From positions 799 through 64,798 of the forward strand of contig CAZSJW010000006.1 in assembly GCA_964607285.1 (NCBI GenBank): a stretch of 64,000 nt of DNA, given 5' to 3'. The notes below the pieces were generated by a model. The model ran no database searches. It was not told the DNA's origin and saw only the letters and a list, made by a program, of their open reading frames with translations. The position numbers and the translations under genes are program-made. Below are positions 1-10,700 of this stretch, in pieces; positions within the stretch are counted from its first letter, which is position 1; each line of letters opens with the position of its first letter. This DNA comes from an uncultured Pseudomonadales bacterium (GTDB lineage Bacteria > Patescibacteriota > Microgenomatia > UBA1400 > PJMF01).

Positions 1-1694
1 TGAATACCTTTGTCTGTAGGAGTGATGTACTCTTTGGGAACCACACCACCAGTGATAGCATTTACAAATTCATACCCAGTGCCACGCTCTTTTGGCTCGA
101 GGCGGAGACGAACATGGCCATACTGTCCACGTCCACCCGACTGCTTGATGTACTTACCTTCACCTTCAGCTGATTTGGTGATGGTTTCGCGGTAGGCCAC
201 CTGCGGGGCACCTACGTTTGCACCGACTTTGAACTCGCGCTTCATGCGGTCGACCAAGATTTCTAGGTGTAGTTCGCCCATACCACCAATGATGGTCTGG
301 CCGGTTTCTGGATTAGACTTGATCTCGAATGTTGGATCTTCTTCACTGAGCTTAGCCAATGCCATACCCATTTTTTCTTGGTCTGACTTGGTTTTTGGCT
401 CAATTGCCAGGTAGATAACTGGTTCTGCAAAGGTAATACCTTCCAAGATTATTGGTGCATCTTCGTCGCAGAGTGTGTGTCCGGTTTTGGTGTCTTTGAG
501 ACCAACTATGGCGACAATTTCGCCTGCACGGGCTTCAGAAATTTCTTCACGTTGGTTAGCGTGCATGAGAAGCAAACGACCAACACGCTCTTTGGTTTTG
601 TTGGAGGAGTTATACGCGTATGATCCTGCCTTGAGGATACCTGAATACACACGAGTGTATGTTAGTTTTCCAACGTGCGGATCTGTTTGAATTTTGAAGG
701 ACAGTGCACTGAAGGTCTCCTCTGGCACTAACTGGCGTACTTCTGGCTCACCAGTTTTTGGGTGTGTTCCGTTAATGTGATCAATATCCACAGGGGATGG
801 GAGGTAATCTACCACACCATCAAGTAGCGGTTGTACGCCTGTATTCTTGAGTGAAGAACCAGCATACACAGGTACCAATTTGTAGCCAATGACTGCAGCT
901 CGCAGTGCTGCTTTCAACTCGTTTACAGAGATTTCCTCCTCAGCAAAGAATTTTTCTAATAAAGCATCATCCGTTTCAGCAATGTGCTCAACTAACTCAG
1001 CACGAAGTTCTTCAACCCGTGCTTTGTATTCTTCTGGAATTTCTTTGATTTCTGGTTCGGTATCTGCTTCACTGTCTTTCCAGAACAACGCTTTTCGCTC
1101 AATCAGCTGGATAACACCGCGGAAGTCATTCTCTGCTCCCATTGGCAGAACCATGACAGCAGGCACAACGCCAAACTTGTCGCGGATGTCTTGGACTGTT
1201 GCAAAAAAGTCTGCACCCAATTTGTCCATTTTGTTCACGAAACAAATACGAGGCACGTTGTACTTGTCTGCTTGGCGCCAGACAGTTTCAGACTGGGACT
1301 GGACACCTTCACTAGCATCCAGAACAGTCACACCACCATCAAGCACGCGCAAACTGCGCTCTACTTCTGCTGTAAAGTCTACGTGTCCTGGGGTGTCGAT
1401 GATGTTGAAGCGGTACTGCTCTTTATCTAAATGAGTCTCAAAGTATGGAGTCCAAAAAGTAGTAGTAGCAGCAGAAACGATGGTGATTCCACGTTCCTTC
1501 TCTTGTTCCATCCAGTCCATGGTTGCAGCACCTTCGTGGACCTCACCAATTTTGTAAGTTCGACCTGTGAAAAACAAGATACGCTCAGTGGTAGTGGTTT
1601 TACCAGCATCAATGTGCGCAATAATACCAATATTTCGAATTCTCTTGAGAGGAATCGAACTACGATCAGTTGTTTTAACAGTTTGCTGAGACAT
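1..1694 (-). CDS. fusA: Elongation factor G (partial; 3' end runs off the window start)
   Basis: Absent from the ORF track; translated by hand from ATG at 1694: [40 protein letters not shown]...ERGITI...IDTPGHVDF...NKMD...GMGELHLEI...[12 protein letters not shown]. Follows rpsG. Confidence 0.98.
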   Translation of the reverse strand, partial: MSQQTVKTTDRSSIPLKRIRNIGIIAHIDAGKTTTTERILFFTGRTYKIGEVHEGAATMDWMEQEKERGITIVSAATTTFWTPYFETHLDKEQYRFNIIDTPGHVDFTAEVERSLRVLDGGVTVLDASEGVQSQSETVWRQADKYNVPRICFVNKMDKLGADFFATVQDIRDKFGVVPAVMVLPMGAENDFRGVIQLIERKALFWKDSEADTEPEIKEIPEEYKARVEELRAELVEHIAETDDALLEKFFAEEEISVNELKAALRAAVIGYKLVPVYAGSSLKNTGVQPLLDGVVDYLPSPVDIDHINGTHPKTGEPEVRQLVPEETFSALSFKIQTDPHVGKLTYTRVYSGILKAGSYAYNSSNKTKERVGRLLLMHANQREEISEARAGEIVAIVGLKDTKTGHTLCDEDAPIILEGITFAEPVIYLAIEPKTKSDQEKMGMALAKLSEEDPTFEIKSNPETGQTIIGGMGELHLEILVDRMKREFKVGANVGAPQVAYRETITKSAEGEGKYIKQSGGRGQYGHVRLRLEPKERGTGYEFVNAITGGVVPKEYITPTDKGI

Positions 1695-1730
1695 ATGACA
1701 GGTCTTTCGAAGAAAGTATCTACTAACAAT

Positions 1731-2222
1731 TTACCATCTAAAGTGAGCAAAAGCTTTGTTGGCTTCAGCCATGCGGTGCGCAGTCAACTTCCTGTTGATT
1801 GACCCACCAGTATTTTGAAGTGCATCGAGCATTTCTGCAGTCAATTTCTCAGCAAATGTGTGGTATTGACGACTTGAGCGTTTTCTCGACTCTTCAATGA
1901 TCCAGCGCAGTGCTAAAGCAAATGCTCGACGAGGACGAACAGGCATTGGAACTTGATAGGCTGCACCACCTACACGGCGAGAGCGTACTTCCATTTGTGG
2001 GGAAACCATTCTCAATACATCCTCAAAAGCTTCGACAGCTTCCTTTTTGGTCTCAGTAGCCAAGGCTTCCAAAGCACCATATACCTGCTTTTGAGCAACA
2101 GACTTTTTGCCATCTTTCATGACAGCACTAATAAATTTTGCGACCTTAACTGAGTTAAAGCGTTGGTCTGGTTGAACTTCTCGCACTGGGGCGCGTTTTG
2201 TTCGCATATCTACTTTCTTCAC
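1731..2222 (-). CDS. rpsG: 30S ribosomal protein S7 (start may be ATG at 2207)
   Basis: DGKKSVA, EVRSRRVGGAAYQVP, HRMAEANKAFAHFRW motifs; str operon position. Confidence 0.98.
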   Translation of the reverse strand: MKKVDMRTKRAPVREVQPDQRFNSVKVAKFISAVMKDGKKSVAQKQVYGALEALATETKKEAVEAFEDVLRMVSPQMEVRSRRVGGAAYQVPMPVRPRRAFALALRWIIEESRKRSSRQYHTFAEKLTAEMLDALQNTGGSINRKLTAHRMAEANKAFAHFRW

Positions 2223-2270
2223 CTACCGCCGTAGCGGCAGATTACTCAACTATTCCACTACTGGTGGAGA

Positions 2271-2684
2271 TTAGCTGGGGCGTTTGACGCCGTATTTACT
2301 TCTACTAGTTTTTCTACCATTGACACCTGCTGCATCATACTTACCACGAACAATGTGATACTTCACGCCTGGTAAGTCTTTGACACGACCACCGCGGACG
2401 AGCACGATACTGTGCTCAGCCAAAGAGTGACCCTCACCCATGATATAGGCGGTCACTTCCATTTTATTGGACAAACGAACACGGGCAACCTTTCGCAAAG
2501 CTGAGTTTGGCTTCTTTGGAGTCATAGTTTTGACTACCGTGCAAACACCACGCTTTTGTGGGTTGGTTGTCTTAACAAAAGCAGTAGTGTTGGAGTTGAA
2601 GCTCCTTCGCAGTGCTGTTGCTTTAATTTTAGTTGGTTTGCTTTTGCGGCCACCCTTGCGGATGAGCTGGTTAATTGTCGGCAT
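2271..2684 (-). CDS. rpsL: 30S ribosomal protein S12
   Basis: [29 protein letters not shown]. Confidence 0.99.
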   Translation of the reverse strand: MPTINQLIRKGGRKSKPTKIKATALRRSFNSNTTAFVKTTNPQKRGVCTVVKTMTPKKPNSALRKVARVRLSNKMEVTAYIMGEGHSLAEHSIVLVRGGRVKDLPGVKYHIVRGKYDAAGVNGRKTSRSKYGVKRPS

Positions 2685-2729
2685 AATACGTAATTTTCCT
2701 TAAACTACTTCCTGAATGTCAGAACGTGT

Positions 2730-2758
2730 ATTGTACAGGATTGTCTCCAACAGTGCAA
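2730..2758 (-). promoter_or_regulatory. Sigma-70-type promoter of the str operon
   Basis: Minus strand TTGCAC-17 nt-TACAAT about 45 nt upstream of the rpsL ATG. Confidence 0.65.
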
Positions 2759-2767
2759 ACAGGATGT

Positions 2768-3157
2768 TCATGAACTATTCCTTAACTTACGCCGCTCTTT
2801 TTGCTTCCAATTTGCGTCTAATGCAAGCCTTGCTAATTTTGTCATCTGCACTAATTTGCGATCATTCTCCCAGCTTCCTGTACTCTGGCCTCCATGTGTA
2901 TTCTCCATAAGTGATTCATACACCTTTTGTTCAACCTCCTCTTTAGTTTTATAGCCAAAACTAATCGAATTTATTGCTGCAAAAATCTTAATTACTATTT
3001 CCTCATCTAACCCACTCACTTTCGAAATACTAACTCGTATCTCGCCTATTCTTCCTGTTAACACTAACTTAACAGTATGCAAGCATCCCTTACCTATTTG
3101 TTCGTAGTAGGTCTCAACTAATTCATCTAATGTTGGTTGAATTATCTCCCGATTCAT
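2768..3157 (-). CDS. Hypothetical protein (129 aa) between rpoC and rpsL
   Basis: Open frame; ATG at 3157 (MNREIIQ...) avoids overlap with rpoC. AT-rich, no recognised motif. Confidence 0.55.
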   Translation of the reverse strand: MNREIIQPTLDELVETYYEQIGKGCLHTVKLVLTGRIGEIRVSISKVSGLDEEIVIKIFAAINSISFGYKTKEEVEQKVYESLMENTHGGQSTGSWENDRKLVQMTKLARLALDANWKQKERRKLRNSS

Positions 3158-3176
3158 AGTATTTGCACAACAAGTA

Positions 3177-6100
3177 CTAGTGTACAATCTCAGCGCGTTC
3201 TCTGGTAGTAGGAATGAGACGACCAATGATGACGTTCTCTTTCAAACCTTCCAGATCATCTACCGCACCAATTGACGCTGCATCTGTCAACACATTCTTA
3301 GTGTGTTGGAATGAAGCTGCAGAGAGCCATGAGTGAGTAAAGAGTGACGATCTAGTAATTCCTAAGAACAGAATCTTAGCTGTAGCTGGTTCACCACCTG
3401 CAGCCATAGTGTCATCATTCATCTCGATAAATCGAGATCGTTCAATGACTTCTCCAGTCAAGAAATCAGTGTCACCAGATGCTTCAATCTGCACTTTATC
3501 ACTCATCTTGCGAACAATCACTTCAAAATGTTTGTCATGAATTGGAACGCCTTGAGACTCATAGACGTGTTGTACTTGATCAACAATAAATTGCTGAGTG
3601 TGCAACAAGCCTTTGACTGGGAGTAGCTCCTTAAGATTTACTGAACCAGAGGCAAGTTGCTGACCCATACCGACTAAATCACCATCTGAGACCAGTAACT
3701 GTGCTGCTGCTGAAAGCGTATAACTTACTTCTTCAGCTGGGGATCCAGATGCTTTAATGGTTACCTGTACTTGGTCATCAAGTTTTTCTATCTTGACCTT
3801 TCCAGCCAACTCAGCAAGCACTGCAGCGTTCTTTGGTGTTCGCACTTCCAAGAGCTCTTCAACACGAGGCAAACCTTGAGTCACGTCCAAACCTACGATA
3901 CCTCCTGAGTGCTTAACCCGCATAGTAAGCTGTGTACCTGGTTCACCAATAGACTGTGCAGCTAAAATACCGACTGGTACACCGATCTCGATCATTTGTC
4001 TGGTCGAGAAGTCCCAACCATAGCACTGTGCACAAAGACCCTTAGGTGCAGCACAAGAAAGAGGTGAGCGAACATAGACACTCTCAACACCCGCGGCGTC
4101 AAGACTTACTGCTAACTCTGGGGTTGTTACGTCTCCAGCTTTAGCGAGTACTTTACTGCCCATCTTTACGTCTTTAAGCAACACACGACCTGTGATTCGA
4201 GCACTGAAAATATCAGATCGCACTGCTTTTACTATTTCAATACCTTCAGTTGTGCCACAATCTTCCATTCTGATAATTGCGTCATGAGCAACGTCACAAA
4301 GTCTACGGGTGAGGTATCCTGCATCAGCAGTTTTGATAGCTGAGTCAGTAAGACCCTTACGGGAACCACGTGCTGAAGTCACGTACTCGAAGATAGTTAA
4401 ACCTTCGCGGAAGTTGGACTTGGTAGGCATTTCCACGATGTTACCGAGAGGGTCAACCACTAGTCCGCGCATAGCAGCGAGCTGTTTAACCTGGTCTTTG
4501 GAAGCTCGAGTACCTCCAGAATTAATCATAACTTTGACTGCATTATTTTCTGCATACGAAGCCCAAGTTTTGTTTGCAACTTCTTCGGTTGTTTCAATCC
4601 AAACATCAAATACCAAGCGTTTTCGCTCGTCACCAGAAACTAGACCATTAAGGTATTGCTCCTGAATTGTTTCAGCACGCTTGTTTGCCTGCTCTACGAT
4701 CTCATGCTTTTCTGGAATCATTGCACAGTCACTGACCGAGACAGAAAGTCCCGATTCAGTTGCTGCTCGGAATCCCAAGTTTTTGATGTTGTCAATTAAT
4801 GCGGTGACAGTATCACGCTCTTCTCCGTGAATAGCTGATGTCACAATTTGCTTGATCTTCTTTGCAGTAACTGCATCGTTGATAAACTGTAAGCTCTCTG
4901 GTAATAAGTCATTAAACTCAATTCGGCCAATGGTAGTTTCAAGAATTTGCACAACACCAGAAACTGTAAGTCGAGCTTTTATTTGTTGGCGCAAACCAAT
5001 TCTTCCTGCTTGATACGCGTGATATGCCTCATCTTTGTTTGCAAACACAGAAGCGAAGATTTCTTGAGAGTCATCAGCTGACGTGTGATAGAAAATACCC
5101 ATAGCCATTTCTTTATTAGGAATGGTGATAGGCTCACCGTTAGCTGGCTTCAGGAGATTATGAGTTGCCATCATCAGCTCGCGGGCTTCTTCTTGGGCTT
5201 CGACTGTCAAAGGAACGTGGACGGCCATTTGGTCACCGTCGAAGTCAGCGTTGTAGCCTGCACAGACACAAGGGTGGAGGCGAATAGCATTACCTTCAAT
5301 CAGGATTGGGTAAAATGCCTGCATGCCAAGTTTGTGTAGTGTGGGAGCACGGTTCAAAATAACTGGATGGTTCTCTGTGACCTGTTCCAGGATGTCGTAC
5401 ACAACTGGTTCGCGGCGTTCAATCAGGTGACGAGCACTCTTCACGTTCGGAGCGGTACCCTTAGTGATGAGTTCGCGCAAGACATACGGCTTGAACATTT
5501 CCAAGGCCATATCTTTTGGCAAACCACACTCATTGAGTTTGAGCTCTGGACCAACCACGATAACCGAGCGACCAGAATAGTCGACGCGTTTACCGAGCAA
5601 GTTTTGGCGGAAACGACCCTGTTTACCTTTAAGCATCTCGGAGAGAGACTTGAGAGGGCGGCGGGTAGCGCGGCGGCGAGACTGCTTGGCTTGACTGCCA
5701 TCAATCAGAGAGTCAACAGCTTCCTGCAACATGCGTTTTTCGTTGCGCAGAATGATTTCTGGTGCACCGAGCTCGATCAAGTGCTTGAGACGGTTGTTGC
5801 GGTTGATGACGCGGCGATACAAGTCATTGAGGTCTGAAGTTGCGAATCGTCCACCAGACAGCTGCACCATTGGGCGTAGATCTGGAGGGATGACTGGCAA
5901 AACAGTCAGGAACATCCAGGCAGGGTTGAGCCCAGCTTTACGCAAACCTTCGGAAACGCGCAGACGTTTGATTGCTTTGATGCGCTTGGCACCTTTGCTC
6001 TCTTCCATCTCGTCTCGGAGGCGTTTTACTAACTCTTCAAGGTTAATGCGTTCGACTAATTCAAGTATGCTCTCAGCTCCCATACCTACTCGTAAGTGAC

Positions 6101-6902
6101 CTGCAGCGTTGTATTCGTCCAACTTCAAATATTCATCTTCACTGAGAATTGTGCCTCTACCGATCTTTTTTACCATTACTTTGAGCTGCTTGTAAATTTC
6201 CTCAGTCTGCTCAAGTTGTGTCTCGAGTTGTTTTTTCAGGGCAACCAAACGATTTTTTGCTTTAAGCTCGATCTCAGTTAGTTTTAGCTGTAAAGTTTCT
6301 TTGTTAGTTACTTTAGCTTGTAAATTCTCCTGTTCACTAAGCAACTTGGTTTTGACTTCCTCCATCGCAATTTTAGTGGAATCACGCAGCTCGTCCTGTG
6401 CTGATACTGCATCGACTTCTAGTTGATCTACGACTAGTGCTCTCTCATCAGTCTCTACATCAAGAACAACATACTTTGAGAAGTAGATGATGGCGTTCAA
6501 GTTGCGGGGTGAGATATCCAAAAGCAATGATAACTTTGATGGGGCACCTTTGAAGAACCAAATATGTGCAACTGGTGCTGCTAAAGTGATGTGACCCATA
6601 CGCTCACGGCGAACTTTGGCTTGAGTGACTTCAACACCACATTTGTCACAAATAATACCTTTATATCTAATTCTCTTGTATTTACCACAGTAACACTCAT
6701 AATCTTTGATAGGGCCAAAGATCTTTTCATCGAATAAACCATCTTTCTCTGCTTTTAGAGATCGATAGTTGATAGTTTCAGGTTTTCGAACTTCTCCATG
6801 AGACCAAGACTTCATCATTTCTGGTGAAGCGATACGGATCTCTAAAGCTGAAAAGTCCACAATGTTTCTGTTGATGTTGGTTTGGGTTGTGTTGTTCATC
6901 AT
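3177..6902 (-). CDS. rpoC: DNA-directed RNA polymerase beta' subunit
   Basis: Zn finger [15 protein letters not shown], catalytic [16 protein letters not shown]-like bridge helix region ([26 protein letters not shown]), [23 protein letters not shown]. Confidence 0.99.
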   Translation of the reverse strand: MMNNTTQTNINRNIVDFSALEIRIASPEMMKSWSHGEVRKPETINYRSLKAEKDGLFDEKIFGPIKDYECYCGKYKRIRYKGIICDKCGVEVTQAKVRRERMGHITLAAPVAHIWFFKGAPSKLSLLLDISPRNLNAIIYFSKYVVLDVETDERALVVDQLEVDAVSAQDELRDSTKIAMEEVKTKLLSEQENLQAKVTNKETLQLKLTEIELKAKNRLVALKKQLETQLEQTEEIYKQLKVMVKKIGRGTILSEDEYLKLDEYNAAGHLRVGMGAESILELVERINLEELVKRLRDEMEESKGAKRIKAIKRLRVSEGLRKAGLNPAWMFLTVLPVIPPDLRPMVQLSGGRFATSDLNDLYRRVINRNNRLKHLIELGAPEIILRNEKRMLQEAVDSLIDGSQAKQSRRRATRRPLKSLSEMLKGKQGRFRQNLLGKRVDYSGRSVIVVGPELKLNECGLPKDMALEMFKPYVLRELITKGTAPNVKSARHLIERREPVVYDILEQVTENHPVILNRAPTLHKLGMQAFYPILIEGNAIRLHPCVCAGYNADFDGDQMAVHVPLTVEAQEEARELMMATHNLLKPANGEPITIPNKEMAMGIFYHTSADDSQEIFASVFANKDEAYHAYQAGRIGLRQQIKARLTVSGVVQILETTIGRIEFNDLLPESLQFINDAVTAKKIKQIVTSAIHGEERDTVTALIDNIKNLGFRAATESGLSVSVSDCAMIPEKHEIVEQANKRAETIQEQYLNGLVSGDERKRLVFDVWIETTEEVANKTWASYAENNAVKVMINSGGTRASKDQVKQLAAMRGLVVDPLGNIVEMPTKSNFREGLTIFEYVTSARGSRKGLTDSAIKTADAGYLTRRLCDVAHDAIIRMEDCGTTEGIEIVKAVRSDIFSARITGRVLLKDVKMGSKVLAKAGDVTTPELAVSLDAAGVESVYVRSPLSCAAPKGLCAQCYGWDFSTRQMIEIGVPVGILAAQSIGEPGTQLTMRVKHSGGIVGLDVTQGLPRVEELLEVRTPKNAAVLAELAGKVKIEKLDDQVQVTIKASGSPAEEVSYTLSAAAQLLVSDGDLVGMGQQLASGSVNLKELLPVKGLLHTQQFIVDQVQHVYESQGVPIHDKHFEVIVRKMSDKVQIEASGDTDFLTGEVIERSRFIEMNDDTMAAGGEPATAKILFLGITRSSLFTHSWLSAASFQHTKNVLTDAASIGAVDDLEGLKENVIIGRLIPTTRERAEIVH

Positions 6903-6929
6903 ATTGTTCCTGCTAGCACTAGTGTCACC

Positions 6930-9900
6930 TTACGCGACTTCGTCCTCCTCGATATCTAAAACGTCTGCTTCAGAAGGTTCAGCTTCATCATCTGAAGATG
7001 AAGTATCAAAGTCGTCTTCTGAAATCTCGAGTAAAGACGTATCTACTACTGCATCATCGTCGTCATCATCATCGCTTGCATCGTTAATAGACTTTACTTG
7101 AATACCACCGTCTTCATCAAGTCCAGCCTCCTCGATAACTGCATCATCCATTAGCTCATCAGCTGCAAGTACGTTTGCAGGGATAACCTCTTCGGTTACC
7201 TCTTCTTCCTGCGCTTCTTGAGGTACAACCGCAATGCCGAGTGAGTTGAGCTCGCGCATCAACACCTTAAATGACTCTGGCACCGTTGGTGCAGGAATAT
7301 CTGTTCCCTTGACAATAGCTTCAAAGGCTTTTGCACGACCCAAGACATCATCAGACTTGATAGTCAACATTTCTTGGAGGATATGAGCGGCACGATGCGC
7401 TTGCAGTGCCCAAACTTCCATTTCTCCCAAACGCTGACCACCCATTTGTGCTTTTCCACCAAGTGGTTGCTGAGTGACCAAAGAGTATGGACCTGTTGAG
7501 CGTGCATGCATTTTGTCCTCAACCATGTGAGAAAGTTTCAAAATGTAACCTACACCAACAGTGGTTGATTCACTAAATTTCTCTCCTGTTCGACCATCAT
7601 AGAGTTGTGCTTTACCCGAAACTGGTAAACCAGCGCGACCAAGCTCACTCCAGATTTTGTCCTCATCGAAGGCTTCAAATGCTGGAACAGCAATTGTGTA
7701 CCCAAGCTTTTGAGCTGCCCAACCTGCATGAGCTTCAAGCAGCTGCCCCAAGTTCATACGGGCCAGAACTGACAGTGGTGAAATAATAATATCTACAGCA
7801 GTTCCATCCTCAAGATGAGGCATGTCCGCAACTGGAACTATTTTAGAAATAACGCCTTTATTTCCATGGCGTCCCGCTAGTTTGTCTCCAACGGTGATTT
7901 TTCTAATTTGCGCTACTTTTACTGTGACTTCTTTAAGTGTTCCTGGATCAAGCTCATCGCCCAAATCTGTGTCCAAAACCTGTACATCAATCACAACCCC
8001 TTGTTCACCATGAGGTAAACGCAGTGAAGTATCGCGTACTTCGCGTGATTTTTCTCCGAAGATTGCTCTGAGCAATCGCTCTTCAGGAGTTAATTCTGTT
8101 TCACCTTTTGGAGCAATTTTTCCAACCAAGATGTCACCTGCAGTGACAACACTTCCTACACGGATAATTCCGTCTGGAGTCAGGTTGCTAAGATACACTT
8201 CAGAGACATTGGGAATATCATTGGTGAGCTCTTCAGCACCAAGCTTCGTATCCATAACTTTAGCTTTATGCTCATTGATTTGAATTGAAGTAAGCGTGTC
8301 ATCCTTAACCAATCGATCTGAGATAACGATAGCGTCTTCATAGCCCAATCCATCAAACGAGGTGTACGCAATGACAAGATTTGAACCTAATGCTAGCTCT
8401 CCTTGATCGGCAGATGGACCATCAATCAAAACTTCGCCAACTGTAACCTTATCACCAACTTTGACAATTGGTCGCTGTGAGTAACAGGTACTTTGAGAAG
8501 TGCGCACAAACTTTGTCAGATGATAGACTTCTGTATCACCAATCAACTCACGAAACTCTGTGTCAGCTTCTGCTTCTTTTTCTAGCTTTTTCAGCGTAGC
8601 AGCATCGAGGGTGACTTCAACCTTGGTTGCATCAACATAGGAAACCGTACCTGAGTGTTTGGCTCGAACAGTCCTGCCCATTGCAGTAGCAACTGCTTCC
8701 TCCATACCTGTACCAACAATTGGAGCTTGTGGTCGAACCAATGGCACTGCTTGACATTGCATATGTGTACCCATCAGTGCGCGATTAGCTTCGTCATGTG
8801 CAATGAAAGGAATTAATGAAGCTGAAGTACCAATAACCTGACGAGGCACAACATCGATGTACTGAACGTCAGCAACTGGGCCTTCGATGAAGTTGTTCAT
8901 CGTTCGCATAGCTACCCACTCGTCCGTAATAAACCGTGACGCGTCAACATCTACACTAGCATGAGTTATTTTGTAATCTTCTTCTTCATCTGCAGCCAGG
9001 TAGACGATTTCCTCAGAAATCTGCATCTTACCTTTAACATTGTTTACCTTGTGGTACGGTGCTTCCAAAAATCCAAAATCATTCACGTGCGCATACAAGG
9101 AAAGGTAAGTCACTAAACCAATGTTAGGTCCCTCAGGAGAGCGGACTGGGTCAATTCTAGAATACTGAGACGCATTAATATCACGCATTGAGAAACTTGC
9201 GCGTTCACGGGTAACACCACCAGATCCCATAACAGAGAGACGACGAAGGTTATCAATCTCTGACAGTGGATTGGTCTGATCTAAGATGGTAGATAAGCGA
9301 TTTCGGCGGAAAAACTCTGAAATTGTAGCGATAAGTGGGCGAGCGTTTACCAGTGCAGCTGGAGTTAACACATCTTCAGTCTTGGTTAAAGACATTTTTT
9401 CACGAATTGAACGCTCCAAGCGAATGAGACCAATTCTAAAGGCTGCATCTTGAACGAGCTCTCCAATTTGACGGACACGTCTGTTACTCAAGTGATCAAT
9501 ATCATCAGTCTTACCTATACCGTTCTGCAAACGGATCAAGTACTTAACTGCAGCGACAATATCCTCAGTTGTTAGGACAGTTGTTTCAGGATCAACAGAA
9601 ATTTTCAGTCTTCGATTGAGCTTATATCGACCAACTCCACCGAGATCGTATCGGCGAGGGTCAAAAAATAACTGCTTGAGATATTCTTTGGCATTATCTA
9701 GCACTGCTGGCTCACCTGGGCGCATTTTCTCGTACACCTCAATTAGTGCTTCTTCACGTGATTTGCAAGCATCTTTCTCGATAGACTTCTCTAGTAAATC
9801 GAATTCATCTTGGTTAGTGACATCAGCAAAAAGCTGTCTCAGTTCTTCATCAGTTCCGTATCCGATTGCCCGTAAAAGAACAGTGACAGGCATCTTACGG

Positions 9901-10451
9901 CGTCTATCAATTTTTACGGTAATAATATCTCGTTTACCAACTGAAACCTCGAGCCAAGAACCACGTTTTGGTCTTAGTTCTGCAAAATACAGTTTTCGAC
10001 CTGTTGTACTATCTACTTCACCTGCAAAAAATACACCAGGAGAACGAACCAGCTGAGTGACCACCGCACGCTCAATACCATTTACCACAAACGTACCAAT
10101 TGGGGTCATTTTGGGTACATCTCCAAGAAACACTTCTTGTGTCTGCTCTTCACCAGTTTTTTTGTTGAGCAACGTTGCCTCAACATACAAAGGCATGTCG
10201 TATGTGACACCTTTTTCTTTTGCTTGAGAAAGTGTGTACTTTGATTTACCGAACCGATACTCTCCAAAACTCAATGCCCAGTTCTTACCAGTGTAATCTT
10301 CTATACCCTTTTCACCATTTATCTCAACCAAAGCCTGAGAGATGCCACTGTCCAAGAAAGATTGATAACTATCAATTTGTAGTTTCACCAAATCTAATTC
10401 AGGGAGAATTGTGTGGGTTGTACCCCAGTTTTGACGAGTTGCATGTGACAT
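6930..10451 (-). CDS. rpoB: DNA-directed RNA polymerase beta subunit
   Basis: QLVRSPG, DDIDHLSNRR, PEGPNIGL, GDKLAGRHGNKG, HARSTGPYSLVTQQPLGGKAQMGGQRLGEMEVWAL; SD GAAGGAG upstream. Confidence 0.99.
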   Translation of the reverse strand: MSHATRQNWGTTHTILPELDLVKLQIDSYQSFLDSGISQALVEINGEKGIEDYTGKNWALSFGEYRFGKSKYTLSQAKEKGVTYDMPLYVEATLLNKKTGEEQTQEVFLGDVPKMTPIGTFVVNGIERAVVTQLVRSPGVFFAGEVDSTTGRKLYFAELRPKRGSWLEVSVGKRDIITVKIDRRRKMPVTVLLRAIGYGTDEELRQLFADVTNQDEFDLLEKSIEKDACKSREEALIEVYEKMRPGEPAVLDNAKEYLKQLFFDPRRYDLGGVGRYKLNRRLKISVDPETTVLTTEDIVAAVKYLIRLQNGIGKTDDIDHLSNRRVRQIGELVQDAAFRIGLIRLERSIREKMSLTKTEDVLTPAALVNARPLIATISEFFRRNRLSTILDQTNPLSEIDNLRRLSVMGSGGVTRERASFSMRDINASQYSRIDPVRSPEGPNIGLVTYLSLYAHVNDFGFLEAPYHKVNNVKGKMQISEEIVYLAADEEEDYKITHASVDVDASRFITDEWVAMRTMNNFIEGPVADVQYIDVVPRQVIGTSASLIPFIAHDEANRALMGTHMQCQAVPLVRPQAPIVGTGMEEAVATAMGRTVRAKHSGTVSYVDATKVEVTLDAATLKKLEKEAEADTEFRELIGDTEVYHLTKFVRTSQSTCYSQRPIVKVGDKVTVGEVLIDGPSADQGELALGSNLVIAYTSFDGLGYEDAIVISDRLVKDDTLTSIQINEHKAKVMDTKLGAEELTNDIPNVSEVYLSNLTPDGIIRVGSVVTAGDILVGKIAPKGETELTPEERLLRAIFGEKSREVRDTSLRLPHGEQGVVIDVQVLDTDLGDELDPGTLKEVTVKVAQIRKITVGDKLAGRHGNKGVISKIVPVADMPHLEDGTAVDIIISPLSVLARMNLGQLLEAHAGWAAQKLGYTIAVPAFEAFDEDKIWSELGRAGLPVSGKAQLYDGRTGEKFSESTTVGVGYILKLSHMVEDKMHARSTGPYSLVTQQPLGGKAQMGGQRLGEMEVWALQAHRAAHILQEMLTIKSDDVLGRAKAFEAIVKGTDIPAPTVPESFKVLMRELNSLGIAVVPQEAQEEEVTEEVIPANVLAADELMDDAVIEEAGLDEDGGIQVKSINDASDDDDDDDAVVDTSLLEISEDDFDTSSSDDEAEPSEADVLDIEEDEVA

Positions 10452-10671
10452 TTCGGCTCCTTCAAATTCTCTACTAGCAGATGTGCTTGCGTTTCACTTT
10501 GATCATCAGTATTGATCAAATTACTATGTCTTCCACGCAAACAAGAGAGACGCTCTCGAGAGCTATCTCTTATTACTTACTGCACTAAGTGCTTGGCGGG
10601 TAAGACGGTGGTACGCAAGAACACCCCTAAATATTGTAGCTTGACTACTTGAGTTATACGCTGAAATTTGA

Positions 10672-10700
10672 ATTATAGCAGAGAAATACACCTAACGCAA
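10672..10700 (-). promoter_or_regulatory. rpoB promoter (-35 TTGCGT, 17 nt spacer, extended -10 TGCTATAAT)
   Basis: Perfect TGnTATAAT at 10680-10672 and TTGCGT at 10700-10695; implies a ~215 nt 5' UTR. Confidence 0.7.

Noticed and set aside
10-2153. Plus-strand ORFs over fusA/rpsG, and similar antisense ORFs throughout the track
   Set aside because: Shadow frames of well-conserved opposite-strand genes, with no motifs of their own.
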